64,000 bases of DNA from Lingula anatina (GCA_051362555.1 CM120641.1:23566401-23630400), one strand, 5' to 3'. Positions 14,273 to 29,007 are shown, numbered from the stretch's first letter. The notes: generated by a model not told the origin, from the letters alone. Program-made: numbers and translations.

Positions 14273-17200
14273 TCAACACCTCTTGGTTCCTGGTTTGAAT
14301 GTTACAGTGGGACCAGGAGAAGATTCCTTTTGAAGACATTGTGCTTGGTGAGACGTGGATTGTGCTTCGTCGTGTTCACCGTTTGTGGTGTCTTCGACTA
14401 TAATCGTGATTCCTTCGGCACTGTTCGTAGATTCTTCCGGTGTCCTTGACATTTCATACTCGTGCTCGTGATCACGATGTCGAGAATGTTTGTGATGGTG
14501 TGCGAAAGGTTGCAAAGAAAAACGTCTATGAGTCGGCTTTCTTCCGCCTCTACGCTTCGATATATGAGGATTGTCTTTTCGCATAGATTTTGTTTTAAAG
14601 ATTTGCAGCTGGGTGTAAAGTCTCTTTAATTCTCCCTGAAAATAACACGTAATATAGTAAAGATACAAATGAACACAAGAACACAAAAGAACAGACATTG
14701 ATTCATTTAAATTAGGCTATTGACCCAATTAGGATAAGTGGGCCTCAACTGACGTGAATTTTAAATAAAAGAACAATGCGCTGTTGGCTGACTATTAGCC
14801 TAAAAAACTATCGTCGAAACTTTTGTCAGATCAAAAAGAAAAACATATTGGATATTGGGAATTTTCAGATACATTTGTAAATCAGCAACCACTTCACTAG
14901 TACCTTTATCTCTTCTGGATCCATCTCTGCAATGTTCATGTCCGTCACCTCTCCGTTCAGAGTCAGACCCATTCGGAGCTTGGTGATTTCATCGACGTCT
15001 GAGAACGCCCTGCCCCTGAAGTCCGTCTTAGGTGGTCGATGAGTGTACCAAAGCTACAGCAAAGAAGAGGAATAACATCCTTATTACACACAGCTGCTCT
15101 CCGTGGCAATTATCAGTAAATAATACTTTTGTAACCCAAGTAAAAACCAATGACTAATTAGATCAATCTGTCAGTGATGTCATTTAGGCGAGTTTTAAAC
15201 CGATTTTCTGATATATCGCAAAGAATTATATTAATGGTTGGAAATAATTCTGTTTTCTTTGTTTCAAATGTGCAAGGAAAACCACAATGTCTATCAATCC
15301 AAAATAATAGTTATAAAAAGGAAAACGCGTTCCAAGAATGACAGATACCTTTGGCCCGAAGACCAGCACCAGAGTCACGGACACCGTTAGATGGCAGCGG
15401 AGGAAGTACATGAGGAACATATAGTCAGGATGCAGGATCGTTAACAAAAAGTGTCTGCAAAGGAGAAACAGCGGTCTGTTTCAAAGTCAGTCAGGAAATT
15501 TAGCAGTACAAGACGATTTTACTTGCAATTATTTTACAAGAATTATCAGAAAACGATATATATAAATACACAATCATTGATTTTGCCCAAAACCATTTGC
15601 TCAAAACCATTGGCCAAATTTCTGTTATTAAAGGTTATCAAGAATTACAGTACACCAGAGATTTATGTTGGCTTGTATTTTTTTGTTACAAACACTTCTT
15701 TCAAATCGGTGTAGCGATAAGAAACTGGCATTGATAGCCGTTAATTGCGTTACCTGGCTACATGTAGTATGGCTGAGATGACGGTTTCGTTATAAATGGC
15801 CCAGGAGATGTATCTGGTCTCTGCAAACAGTGATGGTGCACTACGTATACAGTAGCAGAGGTAGATTCCACAACATAGGAATAGAAACTCCGCTGGAACA
15901 GAATTATATTCATATGTATCATGTATTAAGATACAAGCTCTTAAGCAAAAGATCTATTTCATACACACTGTGCAAATGAATTACATATTTTCTGAGAAGT
16001 ACGATGTTTGATACGGTAGTGTAGAATGATTTTTCTCTGTACTAAGTCATTCATTTGACGGTAAATTTTTAAGTATAAGTATAAGTATAAGTATAAGTAT
16101 AAATGGTCCTTTGTTACAAGACATGTCTTACAAGACATCTGATAATTTGATGAAAATGTAGATATGTCGTTATTAAGAGGGAAGCACCAATCGTGACTTT
16201 ACTGTGAAAACCTCCAACGTCAGTGGCTATGAACAAAACACCCTATGATATGGCACCCCCTTAAAAGTAATCCTAAACAAGGCAGCAAAGCTGTCAAATG
16301 TACAGACAAAAAACAGAAAATAAAGATGCAAACAAGCCAATATGTAAAATGGTTTTCCATTTATGGTGTTATCGGTGCTGTATATATGCTGAAAAAAGAG
16401 AAAAAATAGCCTAAATTCACTAAAAATGACACAATCACGCTGATTTTCGAACTTGACCTGAGTATTATAAATATTCATCAGTTCTGTAAGTTTCAAGCCA
16501 AAAGGTAAAACGGTTTTCCACTTATCGTGTTATCGGTGCTGCATATATGCTGAAAAAAGTGAAAAAACAGCATAAATTCCCTATAAGTGACCCGATCATG
16601 CTGATTTTCGAACTTGACCTGCATATTATAAATATTCATCAGTTCTGTAAGTTTTTAGCCAAAAGAAAAAACAGTTTTCCACTTATGGTGTTATCAGTAA
16701 AAGTGCACGGCGACGACGGCGACGGCGACGACAGACGCAGATGACGGCTATATGTACAGACACATCTGTGTCTGTACATAAAAACATAATTAGAACCCAG
16801 CCCCTTATATAATAATCCCAAAACCGATCCCTGTCTATTTCCACTGAGATAATATAAATAACAAGAACATTCCTTTAATCTGTTTAATGCCATATTCGTG
16901 TTCCAACATCATTAATCTTCCCGGGAAACATGTCATTGGCTTGTCATATACTTTTTATATGGAAAACGCAGACTCTTTATTGCAGTGTTGTCTTAATTAA
17001 CGTGCAAAGTTGCTGTAAATTTCATAAATCGATAACACTGAGTGGATAGCTCTATTAGATATATTTCGTAACCGAATTTTTCACAAAGTACGGGACATAC
17101 TGATTGCATTTCTGGCTTAAATTGCTCTGTAAGTGTCTCTTGACCTGGCACACAGGCGATATTTCTTTATGAAATAAAGGTTCAATCAGGACTAGGAATA

Positions 17201-20200
17201 AATGGCAATTTATAGGTTTGTTAGAGTAGGATGTGACAATATTAGAACAGCTGAGCAATGCTTGCGATTACATATTTATGACATAAGCAGAGCGATAACA
17301 TTCTGATCATTTGCCCATGATTGGCAGAATTATACATGTATGTTATATTGCGGGTATTGAATTTTCCATATTGCTGCATATTGTGACTTATATTGTTTTA
17401 ATGCGACACAGCAACTTTTCAGCGCTCCGTCCATACAGACGTCAATAATTATTCGACTGCAAGTGACTTAACAATTTAATGTAACCCATCCCAATAGGAA
17501 CTCACCGACTTCAATAATATAATCCCACCAATGCGATTTGCAGACGACGAACTGTGTTCCTTCAGCAATCATCCCCATTTCCGTCAGAGAGCTGCCGTCG
17601 TGCTCATGCTGGAAATTAGCCGCAGTCCACGCGCACATATACCCTAATACAATTATCACCAGCCCTAAAAGGTACTTAAGTAAGTCTTTGTCTCGTATAT
17701 GGACTCGTCTGGCCCTCCGCGTCTGAAACTCTGCAAGAAACCTAAAAATACAAAGCGATAATAGAAATTAGTCGGATGTTATCTTGAAAAGAAAGAAATC
17801 AACCACTAGTCACAATCACATTTGACAGTATCGAGAACATCTTTTTTAAATCAATGTCAGTCAAATGAGAATACACAGTAATAGCTGATCAATACGGAAC
17901 AAAACACATGTTAATAACTTTAACTTTTTATTCTCGTAAATATTTTTCTATCGATATTCTGCCCCTTTAGGACATCTAGATCTATACATGTAGCAGGTCA
18001 ATGTTCTGTACCTGTAAATTTTCAAAATAAGTGCCCCAAATACTATAGCAAATCCTACTTCTCTAAACCACGGGACCAATATACAGGTCAGAGTCGTAGG
18101 CTCAAAGTATTGAACAACCACCTGGAAATATAGTATATGATGTCATCCGCACATGAAAATGACGTAAGCAATCAATCATAAATCACGCAATTTGTATTTT
18201 ACAGTCGGACTGCATAAGTACTATACTGAATTTAATATACTTATATGTATGAGAATGCTTTTCTCAATAAAAGAAGGACTGTCAATATATGCAAGAAACT
18301 GCTACATGTACCTTTAGAAGGTACAGTATGTGGTTTTAAATTAAAACCATCCTTGGTAGCCGTATAGCAGGGATACCTTAATTATAATATGGCTGGCTCT
18401 TGAAACAATAATTCCCGAATTTTCAGAAGAGGAACGGGGGAATATTGTATAGAATAATGTCCATCTTTATTTTAAGATCCTCGGTCTGTCGTCCATATAA
18501 AAGAGGAAGGCAATGAACAGTGACCTTTGTAATGATTCAAGAGGGGTGCACTTACCGAAGTGTACATAAGTAGGGCTCCAAACAAGATGATTTCCAACAT
18601 GATCCACATGCTTACTTTAATGGCCTGGAAACAATACAGACGGTTAGTCTGTGCGAATTCAAGAATAAACAAATAAATGAAATAATGAACAAATAAGTTA
18701 GCAACAAATGAGTAAATAAGAAAATTCATTTCAGTTATGAAATAAAGATACGAAATGAAATACAACTAATTACATTCAGTCGGAAACAAGCGGATTTGCG
18801 AATACCCTGGCACCAACTGGCATCGATTGAACATATTCCATATACCAAAATATAATACACTTGAGTTTCCTCAATATTCTCACCTTCTTCTTTCGTATGC
18901 GAATAATAACAATGCCAATTATAAGAACAATCGTCATACAGAAGCTCTGTATTCCCAGCGGAATGCCTCTCATCAACCGGAAGTCATATTCTACAAGACA
19001 GGGACTGTCGTCAACGCATTGGTCACAACCTCTCTTGCATGGAAGACACTGGAACTCCTCACTAAAGCTGGAGTTCTTGTTTTTTTGAAGGTCACTGAAG
19101 TAAACTCTCTCCATTTCCAGCCCGTCAAAATAGGAGACGTTGGCAGTAATGTTGGGGAAGTAGTATCCCTTCTTACATTGGCACTTGTACGCTCCCACAC
19201 TAAACCCCCGCCCGGGGATAGGAATGCACTGGAAATGAAACAGTGTGGCCAATGAGGAACCGCCATTATATACCCGACATACTGCAAGACAAAACTGTCC
19301 AGCATTTTCATCCAAAAACTTACTATGAAAGTACTAGATATTAGGTGAAAGACAAAAAAATTAACTCCATTTTGACCCGGGATACATCAACAATATTTCA
19401 CAAATACATAGCAAACTGTCCAAAGCAATAGCCATTTCTTATCTTTGGTAAAACAGACCAAATACTTTTCTTGTAACCTCACCCAATGAATGCAAGAGCT
19501 AAGGTAAAAAGGTGAGTGAGATGCCAAGCAAGAGTGCACCTATAAAGCGTATAAATACAGTGTAAAATTGTCCTTATATATATTAAAGTACACTAGAACG
19601 GGCCCCTAGTACATCGGATGTGGCAATTGAAATATCATGGTCCTTGTACGGGGCCCTTAGCACTGGGCATGTGGCATGTGAAATATCATGATCATGGAAC
19701 TGGGCCAAAGTGCTAGGCACGTGGAATTTCATGGTCCGGGTGTGGGGCCAGAGTACTTGGAAATGTCATGTGAAACACCGCGGTTCTTGTTGCTCTTACG
19801 GGGCCTTGGTGCTAGGCATGTGGCATGTGAAATATCACAGTCCCGACACGGGGACTTGAAGCTGGGCATGTGTCATATGTTCGGCAGGACCCAGTGACGT
19901 TTATTAACATTACATTATGTTACTAAATTGATACAGCTAGTCCAGCTGCAAACGCTATCGGTATTGTAGTGATTCTCTGAGAATTGATGATTGAATGATA
20001 TCTATATACGCCTTATATTCATTAATTTACTTAAATGAAACAGGCATAATATGGGGTAAGGTATACTTTTTTTATTAGTTAAATTCACGTTTGATATAGA
20101 AGTTAATCGCACTGGGTTCACTACAGGAAAAGCAAATTTAGAAAAATGACAACTGCTCTACAGTATGACGGGTTAGTTTTATTGCTTTCCATTTGCAGCA

Positions 20201-23200
20201 TATTAAATGGGTATCGGCGCGTTAGACCCAATGTTCTCAACCCCGTATATCATGTGTAAGACACAACATATTAAAGTCACTGTCACTATTTAGAAAACTC
20301 AATACCAGCTGCGCACTGAACTAAACTGTTACAAAATTACACAACACACAAGAGAGTTGCAAGATGGATGGAAGCCGAATTCCTTACAAACTCCTTTTTG
20401 TCCGATTTCTCTGGTGACCTTTAATTAAAAGTATGAACTGGTTCATCCATCACCACTCTGACACGTTCGACTGGATGATCATTCTTGAAAAACGTGTAAA
20501 ACACTGCACCTTCATCGATATCAAAGCCCGATGAGAGGAAGCAGTGAATGTGATAGGTGTGGGACGCGATTTCCCGCAAGGATAACAAACATACAGGAGC
20601 AGTTCCATATGTGACATGATGGCGTTCTGATGGTGTAATTGCAGAGCGTTACTTTGAAAATCAAAGTTCCATGTATCATACTTAGTTGCCGAAATATGGG
20701 AATACTTGAAGTGGTTTTTTTATATTCTATCAATACAGTGATTGCTCAATTAGATACATTTACGCTTGTATTTCCATACTTAAATAACCGCGTTGACGAC
20801 TGGGGGAGTGACATAGGCCTATTCTAACATTTTAGATTGTTTGACATGAACTTTTGGTCAGTTTATTTACGTTGTAACTTTGTTGTATATTTCCTAATAT
20901 TTCAGCACGTATGCTATGTCACCATATATCATTTAACTTAATTGGTTTGCCTACCTTGGTGGTTTCCGGTTGACATCGGTTAGTTCCACTAAAGAAATTC
21001 CCATGTGCGGTGCACTGGTTGATATCATGGCGTTGCAAGTCGATGTGGATTGCTACAACACCCCTGAAATAATGGTTGCAAATTAATCTTAAAAATAGAC
21101 TTGCTCTGCATGCAATGGTCGTCTTCATTCCAAAACATTGCATTGGGAAGTGCCTATCTCTGGTGCTATATAATAACAACCAAACCGCAAGGTGTGCATC
21201 TTAATATTAGACTCATGCCACAAGCTTAAACCACATAAAAAGCGTCATTTCTGTGAGAAAATACATAAGACGTTTTGAGAGAGAGAGAAAGAAAGAAAGA
21301 GTGAGTGATAATTTTCATATGTTCCTATCATACGTCCGCGAAGTCCATATTACGTTTTGTGCCTGTGTGTGTGTGTGCATATATATCCGCTTTATACAAT
21401 TCACATTGTTGAGAGTGTCTCCATTGCTAATAGGATTTTGTGGTTTAACCTGGATAATATCTTTAAATCAGAAACTGAAGGATCAGACACGATGCAGTTC
21501 GAACTTAACAACGTCGATGTTCATATTGTCTGATGTTTTTGACACAAAATCACCTTTTTGTTGTGAATTTCAACTAAAGAGTAACCCGCGTGCAAGTAAA
21601 CGAATTGCAAAAAATGTTACTTGGCTATTTGGCTATGTGTGCACCTCTGTCAATCACATAATGTTTACATAAATAATCGGCCTAGTAGGTATTTTAAAAA
21701 TGGACCCACATTTTGAATCAGAAAGCCTACAAACACACAATTAAATAAAAGTTAGCCAAGATCACACAACAGAAACTTACTTGTTGTGTGATACATTAAC
21801 CCTAATACAAACATCTCCTGTAAGATTAAGGATATTCTTCATTTTTTTCAAAATGTAAATAATGTTCAATCTTTAACAACGTTTTCTCAACTTTTCCTCA
21901 AAATTTAATTTAATTTAATTTTCAAATGCCTTAATTCTGTAGTCTATTACTTTGGGATACAAAATTTAGTAACAGTTCATGACACTTTGAGTTACAAATA
22001 TTATATTTGTCACTCTAAGAACAAAATCGGTTTCAATTGTTCGTAACGAATACCAACCGTAACAGCAGTTTGTGAGAAAAAAAGCCAAGTAGACCTCAAA
22101 GTTGGTTTTGTCTGTATATGGAATGCCCTATAAATCGACATCTTTTAACTGTCATACGACTTTTATGTCGAAAGGTTAAACACGTTTTAGCTAAATTGCG
22201 TTCTGATTGTCCATAGAATCAATTTTGCTTATGCACCAATATTTACCCGCATCTGGTTCAATAGGAAGGTATTTGGTTGTAACACAGCAGACGATGAACA
22301 GTGCGTGGAGCAGATGACCTTTCAGAGCAGGCGAGGTCACAGAGACTGAAAGCCATAGCCGGATGTGATCAATAGACGGTCGGATAAATGGATTGTTACG
22401 ATAGATTGAGGCATATTTGCGTCATTTGCGATAAATGACCGGGAGACAAAAGGCCATTTGGATAAAGTCTACTTCATATGGAACACTCGATAAATGTTGT
22501 GCAGGGGTTTGTCATTTCAGTCGTCTGGCAGTGGAGCACCTTAACTACTGGGTTAGTGTAGCTAGGTGTGAGCTTCCGTTTGGAAGAGTGGCAGTCCATT
22601 AAGAAAATCTACTCAATCTAAAAAAGCGCAATCCTGCTTCCTCAGCAAACAGTAAAAACAACACTTGACTTACAGGGAAGACAAGAAATCTATATCATCT
22701 TTCACAACATGAAACTCCACACATAATTACCGCTGTAAAGCCTATTGCTCACGCCTACACGCCCAGGTAAACCGGCAGATAAACACCGACAGTTACAGCA
22801 AACAAAGGCATACATAAACATTCTTTTTCTCTCTCGTTCTCTCTCACGCTCTTTACAGAAATGTGTGTCTTAATCCGCCTATATGAAAAACTATATTTGT
22901 AAGAAGGTATAGAGATTTGCTAAAAGATTTAGGACTAAGCTTCATGTAAAAGTATATGCCAAAACCGAAACAATGCCGTTTATTAAATTTCTGAAAGCTC
23001 ATCATTTCCGCTAACATAGAGAAACCTATCACAAGATATGTTTTCTAGCATTACAGATGATGCAAATAGGCGTAAAAGTAAAACTTTCAAATTGTTTTTA
23101 CCTTTACCCGCACACATTACCAGGCGTTCAATGATGTAAAAAACATGATGGTAAATAATAAAATGGGATGGTTTCTTCTATACCACATTTCAATACATCT

Positions 23201-26200
23201 CACTTTTAATTAAAATTGCGCATATTACAAAAAGATCTATCTAGGCGTGCTATTATACAAAATAAAACACATAAGACTTACTAAAAACCATATAAAACAT
23301 AAGTACTTTAAAGTAAAACGAAAGCTAAAGGATAGAAATCTCGATGAAGTGATGAATTAAGAAATTGAGCGATATGGCAAAAGATGCTTAATTAGAGAAG
23401 GGTTGTCCATAGTTACGACTGGGTCATGAGGATGATATGCTTTTGACACCATAGCAACAGTTTCCAAATTAGAAATGAACAAATTTGAAGTGTCAGCTTA
23501 AAACGCAGAACGTCTTTGTAGTACGAGTGGTTCAACGAGTGTTTTCCAACGTAAACTTACATGTTTTATCCATCTTCATTAGATGTGTTAAAGAAACAAT
23601 TTACCGTTTCTTGTTATACTCTTATGTGAGATGCCATAAAAGGCACAAATCTTTAACCATCGGTTCCTTTTTAACCCTATATCATACCGGGTGGGTCGTT
23701 TACGACCCCATGGGATTATTAATGAAATACCGATATTTTTTGGAAATTACACAACAGAAGCTTTTTTGTTAAATCAAAAGACATTTTAATACACAATGCT
23801 TGAGAACTACAATATCCTTCTATACTAATATAGGTATCTTAGAGCACAAATTAGCTCAAAGAAATGGTATATACTTTTTTAAATAATTTTTCTTTGTTTC
23901 CAGACCTTGTATAGTTCTCATGATATGTGTCAAAACAAAACTACAATCTGTATAGAATCTTTTTTTTTAACTTGAAACTAAAATATCATAAACAAATGCA
24001 AACAAAAATGTATTGTATTGCATAACAAAGTAGCAAGTTTAAAGGCTGTGTCACTGATATCATTTTTATGGAAGACGCATATTTTCAATGAAGTGGGTAT
24101 CAGAACCCCTTGTTAATGATGCAAGATTTGATGATTTTAGATGCAACTTCATATACAAACTAGTATTCACCGTTAATTGGGCAAAATGGCCACTGAGTTA
24201 ACCCTATTCAAGGGTCACATATTGCTTTTTCGTATAATATTCACAGATATGCATGCCTCGGGTGAATTCTGTGCACCTTTCTCTTGTAGCCAAAGAGAAT
24301 TTCTGTATAGAATTAATGCCATCGTGCCTTTAGTAGAGTTGTCACTTAAAGGGATAGTAGAAGAAGTAATGACTGGCTTTCATAAAGATGGACAAGAAGG
24401 ATAGGCCCCACGAACCTTGAAATTATGAAAACAATTGATCTTTTTCTAATAGAGAAAACGCAATTAGTGACTATTTCAATGAAGGCCTGTCCAGATGGGC
24501 AGTGAGAACATTGGAAAGTGAATTTAACTTTTTAAATATATTCTAAAAAGTGTTGAAGATAAGAATGATAAGTTTTAGAATAATATTTTTGGGGTTTCTG
24601 CTTGAGCTATATTATCAAGATTGTTTTCAAAACTATTTTCCATGCTTGTTTCAGGAGGCAAACAAGAATGTGTCGTCAATACTAATGGCACAGCAGTGAT
24701 TTAATGACCTAAGTAGACTAGATGATTTATCTGATCAACTCCCACTGCAAAGCAAGTCTTAAGGGTTCCTCACCTGAACAGATTTTACACGGAAATACCA
24801 ATACAAGATTACACAGATAAAAAGCAGCTACAGAGGTAAAGTTAAGAAGCTCTTGACAAAGACGATACACGAAGAAAAGTGTGTAGATAAAACTGGTGAA
24901 ACGAAACCACGCTGCAAAATATAAATATAGAAAGTAAATTATATACTGGTATTGTAAAAGTTTAAAAAAAAGCATCAAAGTATTTTAAACACTTGAATAC
25001 TTTTATATTACTCTAGAAATTGTTTGTCTCTAAACGCATGTAATATATTAAAAAAACCTATGGAAGCAGCAGCTGGGCGGCACAATGCTTTACATATATC
25101 ACTCGATTGAACACAACTCATGCGTCACGCAATTTGTTCAACATGTGCATCAATTAGGAGATTACACATTTCACCATATACACAATGTTTATCAACCTTG
25201 TTTCAATATTACTATGCTCTACCGAGCCACATCATTATACAACATTATGTATTCTCGTCAATTCTTCCATGTTTTATTTCACCTTTTGCATCCAATAACA
25301 AAAAGCTAGTAATCTACTGATTAAATCATAGGAGCGATACCTTATCTAGCGCCAGGATTTCCAGAACAACATGTTGTTATTTGCACTTGACCCGCATATT
25401 CATAACATGCCAAATAGATGCAGTATTTATGGAAACCTTACTGGATAGATGCCTTAATTGTGCATGTATGATAAACTGAAATTGCACGTTTCTGTGTATC
25501 TATAACATACATATTATTCTGAAGCTCGAATTAACTGAATAAGAGGTCTGTAACTTACTCTTGGTGGCGGGCGTGTGGGTACTAGGATGCCAAAGAATGT
25601 TTTGAAAGTATCTGGTTTCCAGACTTAAATTTCCATTTCTCTTTGTAGCCATCTATTGGAAAACACATGTTTTGCATTCCAGCAAGTCTTGTAAAATCCA
25701 CGCAGCGTGTTTGTACGTTGTATGCAAGAGGCATCATGCCAGTGGAGCAACTCCTTGGCTTGTGTTATTTGATAAAAGTGTAAAATTCTGGCACAAATTC
25801 CAAATACCGGACTACATGGGGTTGTGGTCTGAAGAGCGAAGTATCTAACACTCGTACAATATGATTTGAAATAGATTTAAATATTTGAAAAAAAATGGGG
25901 TTATTTCTTTTTTCATTCTCTCATGTAATATTTATGCGGTTTCTTCCCTGCAGAGGAAGGAAGACCTGACCAGCACTGTTGCAAACTAACTGGGTTATAT
26001 GATATAGATGTTGTAAAATGGGTGCCAGTTGTCCTTGCGTTATTACTTCACAGGACCGACGGTTCAACGTACACAAGTTACCTGAAATAAGAGAAGGCGC
26101 ATGCTGCTCGTATAAAGCGACAGGTGCTCTGCAGGCACACACGCACACACGCACAGATGCCCAATTAAAAGAAAAACTCGATCACAGGCAGACAGAGTTC

Positions 26201-28969
26201 AAATATAGGCTAAATCAAGGGAGAAATACGTTGGCATGAAAACAGCGTGCCGCACAAATTTGGCAGATTTATATATTGGCCCGTACATCATGGCAAACCG
26301 CCATTCAACTAACGTAGTATGCCAGTATTGTATCTGTACTCAGTGTCTAAATAAAACGCAAATAGGGGAATATAAACTCATTAAACAGCTCTCCTGCTTA
26401 CATAAACCAGGCGATGATCAGTTTAAACAACTTATCTGTACCCATTGATCTGGCTAATGATGAAAACCGTGTCCATGCCAGTATTTGGCTCACATTCCAG
26501 TGCAAAGGCACTGACCCAACTGCTGTGCAGTTTCTGCGAATGGTATGCGAGTCAAAAGCAACAATTTTCTGTTATCTAATAAAAAGTCTTACAAGACTCT
26601 CAATTAATGAGGTGAGTTGTGCACTCTCACAGTATATTGGGAGATACGCTTCTGTGGCTCTTTAGAATATTTAGGTTGATGGAGTAATGTAATACGTATG
26701 TGGCATGTCATCCACTTATGACACATTCTATTCTCGCTGATCACGGCTTGGGTAAGATATCAAAGTACACTATCGGTTTTAATATGATATTTCAATCTAA
26801 TAACATAAGTGCCACGGAATAAATGCGTTAATATACCTTTTAGGTGAAATTAGAGCAGTCTCCTGGTTATCTGTGTGTGTCTGCCTATCTGTCTATCTGA
26901 CTGTCTTGTTCTTTTGTCCGTCTGTTTGTTCGTCTGTCTGTCTTTATTATCCATCCATCCAGCTTTGTTAAATCTTTTTCACTTGCAATCGGTCATTTTT
27001 GAAGAAGAAGATAAATGACTTTTCAAATGAAAATATTTGGTTGTATAACTGTGATTTATAGAAAAATTATTTATAGTCAGTATCCACTTCTTCCGTACCT
27101 ATGAAAAGGAGTATGGTTTGTCTTTGTTTCAGATAATGGTCGCTGCAAAGATTATAAACTTGGTTCCCTTTCACGCTTATTTTGCCATCAAAGCAACCAA
27201 ACAGCATAATCTCAACGCACAGTCCTTTAGTTACCGCCAGCTTAATGGCATTACCATTAATAAGAGAGACTTATTAAGAAAATCGAAATTAACATTTCAA
27301 TAATGATATCCAGTATCTTGATTGATTGGCAAACCATTTGCCATTTTTTCACTGGAAAATTAAATTTACAAATTCTAAAGATATGTGAAGCATGATATTC
27401 ATTTAAAACGTTCATTCTGACGTTAATTGTTTTAAAGCCATATTCATATAAAGAACATCACGTGAACATGCAAAAATAATTATCTTAAAATCAATATTCA
27501 TATTCGTTGTCACTTAAATTCCCTAGCGTCCATTGCTATCTTTGTTCCTAATATCCTTCTTCCTAAAGGGTTTATGACACAGTATCAAAATTTATTTTAT
27601 TTATTCATTTTGATGTGTTACTGAGGCATTTGTACAATCATGAGCGACTGACAAATACACATAAAAAAGCAACTTGCCAGCTGATATTTCTTAATGGAGG
27701 AAAACAAATTTAAGAAAGGGCAACAAGACCTTTGGAGGTATCGTTTCTTTGATAAACACTCTCACTGTAGCTGCGCATTGTTGTTTATGAAGTAGAATAT
27801 TTAGTTCAGATGTCGTTTCTGCAAGTCTCCCTGCAGTCTTCGCACCTGCCTTGTTTATGACGCACCTTCTAATTAACACTGTTGTTAGACAAATCTAGAA
27901 ACAGAAAACGAACTCCTTTCATAAGGCAGTCACATAAGTTCGATTTCGGAATCATTATAACACTTTCCACGTGAACGTTAAGGAACAATACTGTAATTTT
28001 CGGTATCTTAGTAGGTGTAGCATCATTCGCACAACATGATGTCAAACGATGACGTACTCAAACGTTCAGGTTTGCGGTAAAGAATCAGCAGTGTTGATTC
28101 ACAACATAATAGATAATTGTAACGCTGCGTCTGAGGTTTTTGCATCCAATCTGACATTTCATGCTGCAACGCCAACGCAGCGCTAAGTCTAAAACTGCAT
28201 GTTCACAAATGAAAAACGTGAAAGCTTTCCTGGAATAAATGACAAATGCAAGGGCGAGTCCCAGTAAGTGTTAAATGTCGGAAAGTATTTGCCTCAAAAA
28301 TAGAAAGTATCCCAGCTTTTTTTAGCAACATAATACAGCGCTAAATTTTTCTTATTGCGGAACGAGTGAAGCTTTCAAAATTGTTTCTTGGGACGTACTT
28401 AAACACAACTGCAAAGTTCTTCAAATTAGTGACGCATGCTACCAATACGCGAATCAGACATCGAAAAAGTGAACCGTTTCCAAAGGAACGCCCTGCCTGC
28501 ACCGAGAAATACAGTGAGCACTCGTCTGAACGGGAGCAGCTCATTAAGTCCTAACTCCATTATGTGGTATGGTCGACTTTAAACAAATACGTTAAGTGGG
28601 ATATGCTAGAGTTTCTTCGAATTCACATAGGTAAAGTCATAATATACAGTATGCTAATATGTTTCTTTTACACCACATAGACTACTGTTATGCAGTATCC
28701 TTTAAAACCGTTTCATTTATTTACTATTATTATCAATTTTCTAAATCTTATTTTCGACAATCAACCATAGATTCCATATACAACTATTTAAATTACCTGC
28801 GTACACTGTTAAGAGATTGCATAGAAAACTGTACATAATACAAATCGAGGTCAAATGTGCTATTAACATTCATGGCCAGTTACGACAAGCAGGCAGAAAT
28901 ACTTTACGATATGGTAAATTAAGAGCGACTCTAGGTGAAGCAGACCATAAGATGTCTTATTACCGTTTG

Positions 28970-29007
<38 letters not shown>

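Noticed and set aside
16351-16700. Tandem repeats considered as a CRISPR-like array (also 19598-19892)
   Set aside because: Whole units repeat with no unique spacers; no cas genes; eukaryotic context.
25559-25828. 270-nt minus-strand segment with good acceptor and donor inside GPCR intron 1
   Set aside because: The frame needed for inclusion contains stops and no frame shows homology; at most a poison or non-coding exon.
26838-27020. Degenerate (TGTC)n tract with GAAGAAGAAGAT resembling a HINE fragment
   Set aside because: Termini and core repeats are not recoverable; too decayed to call.
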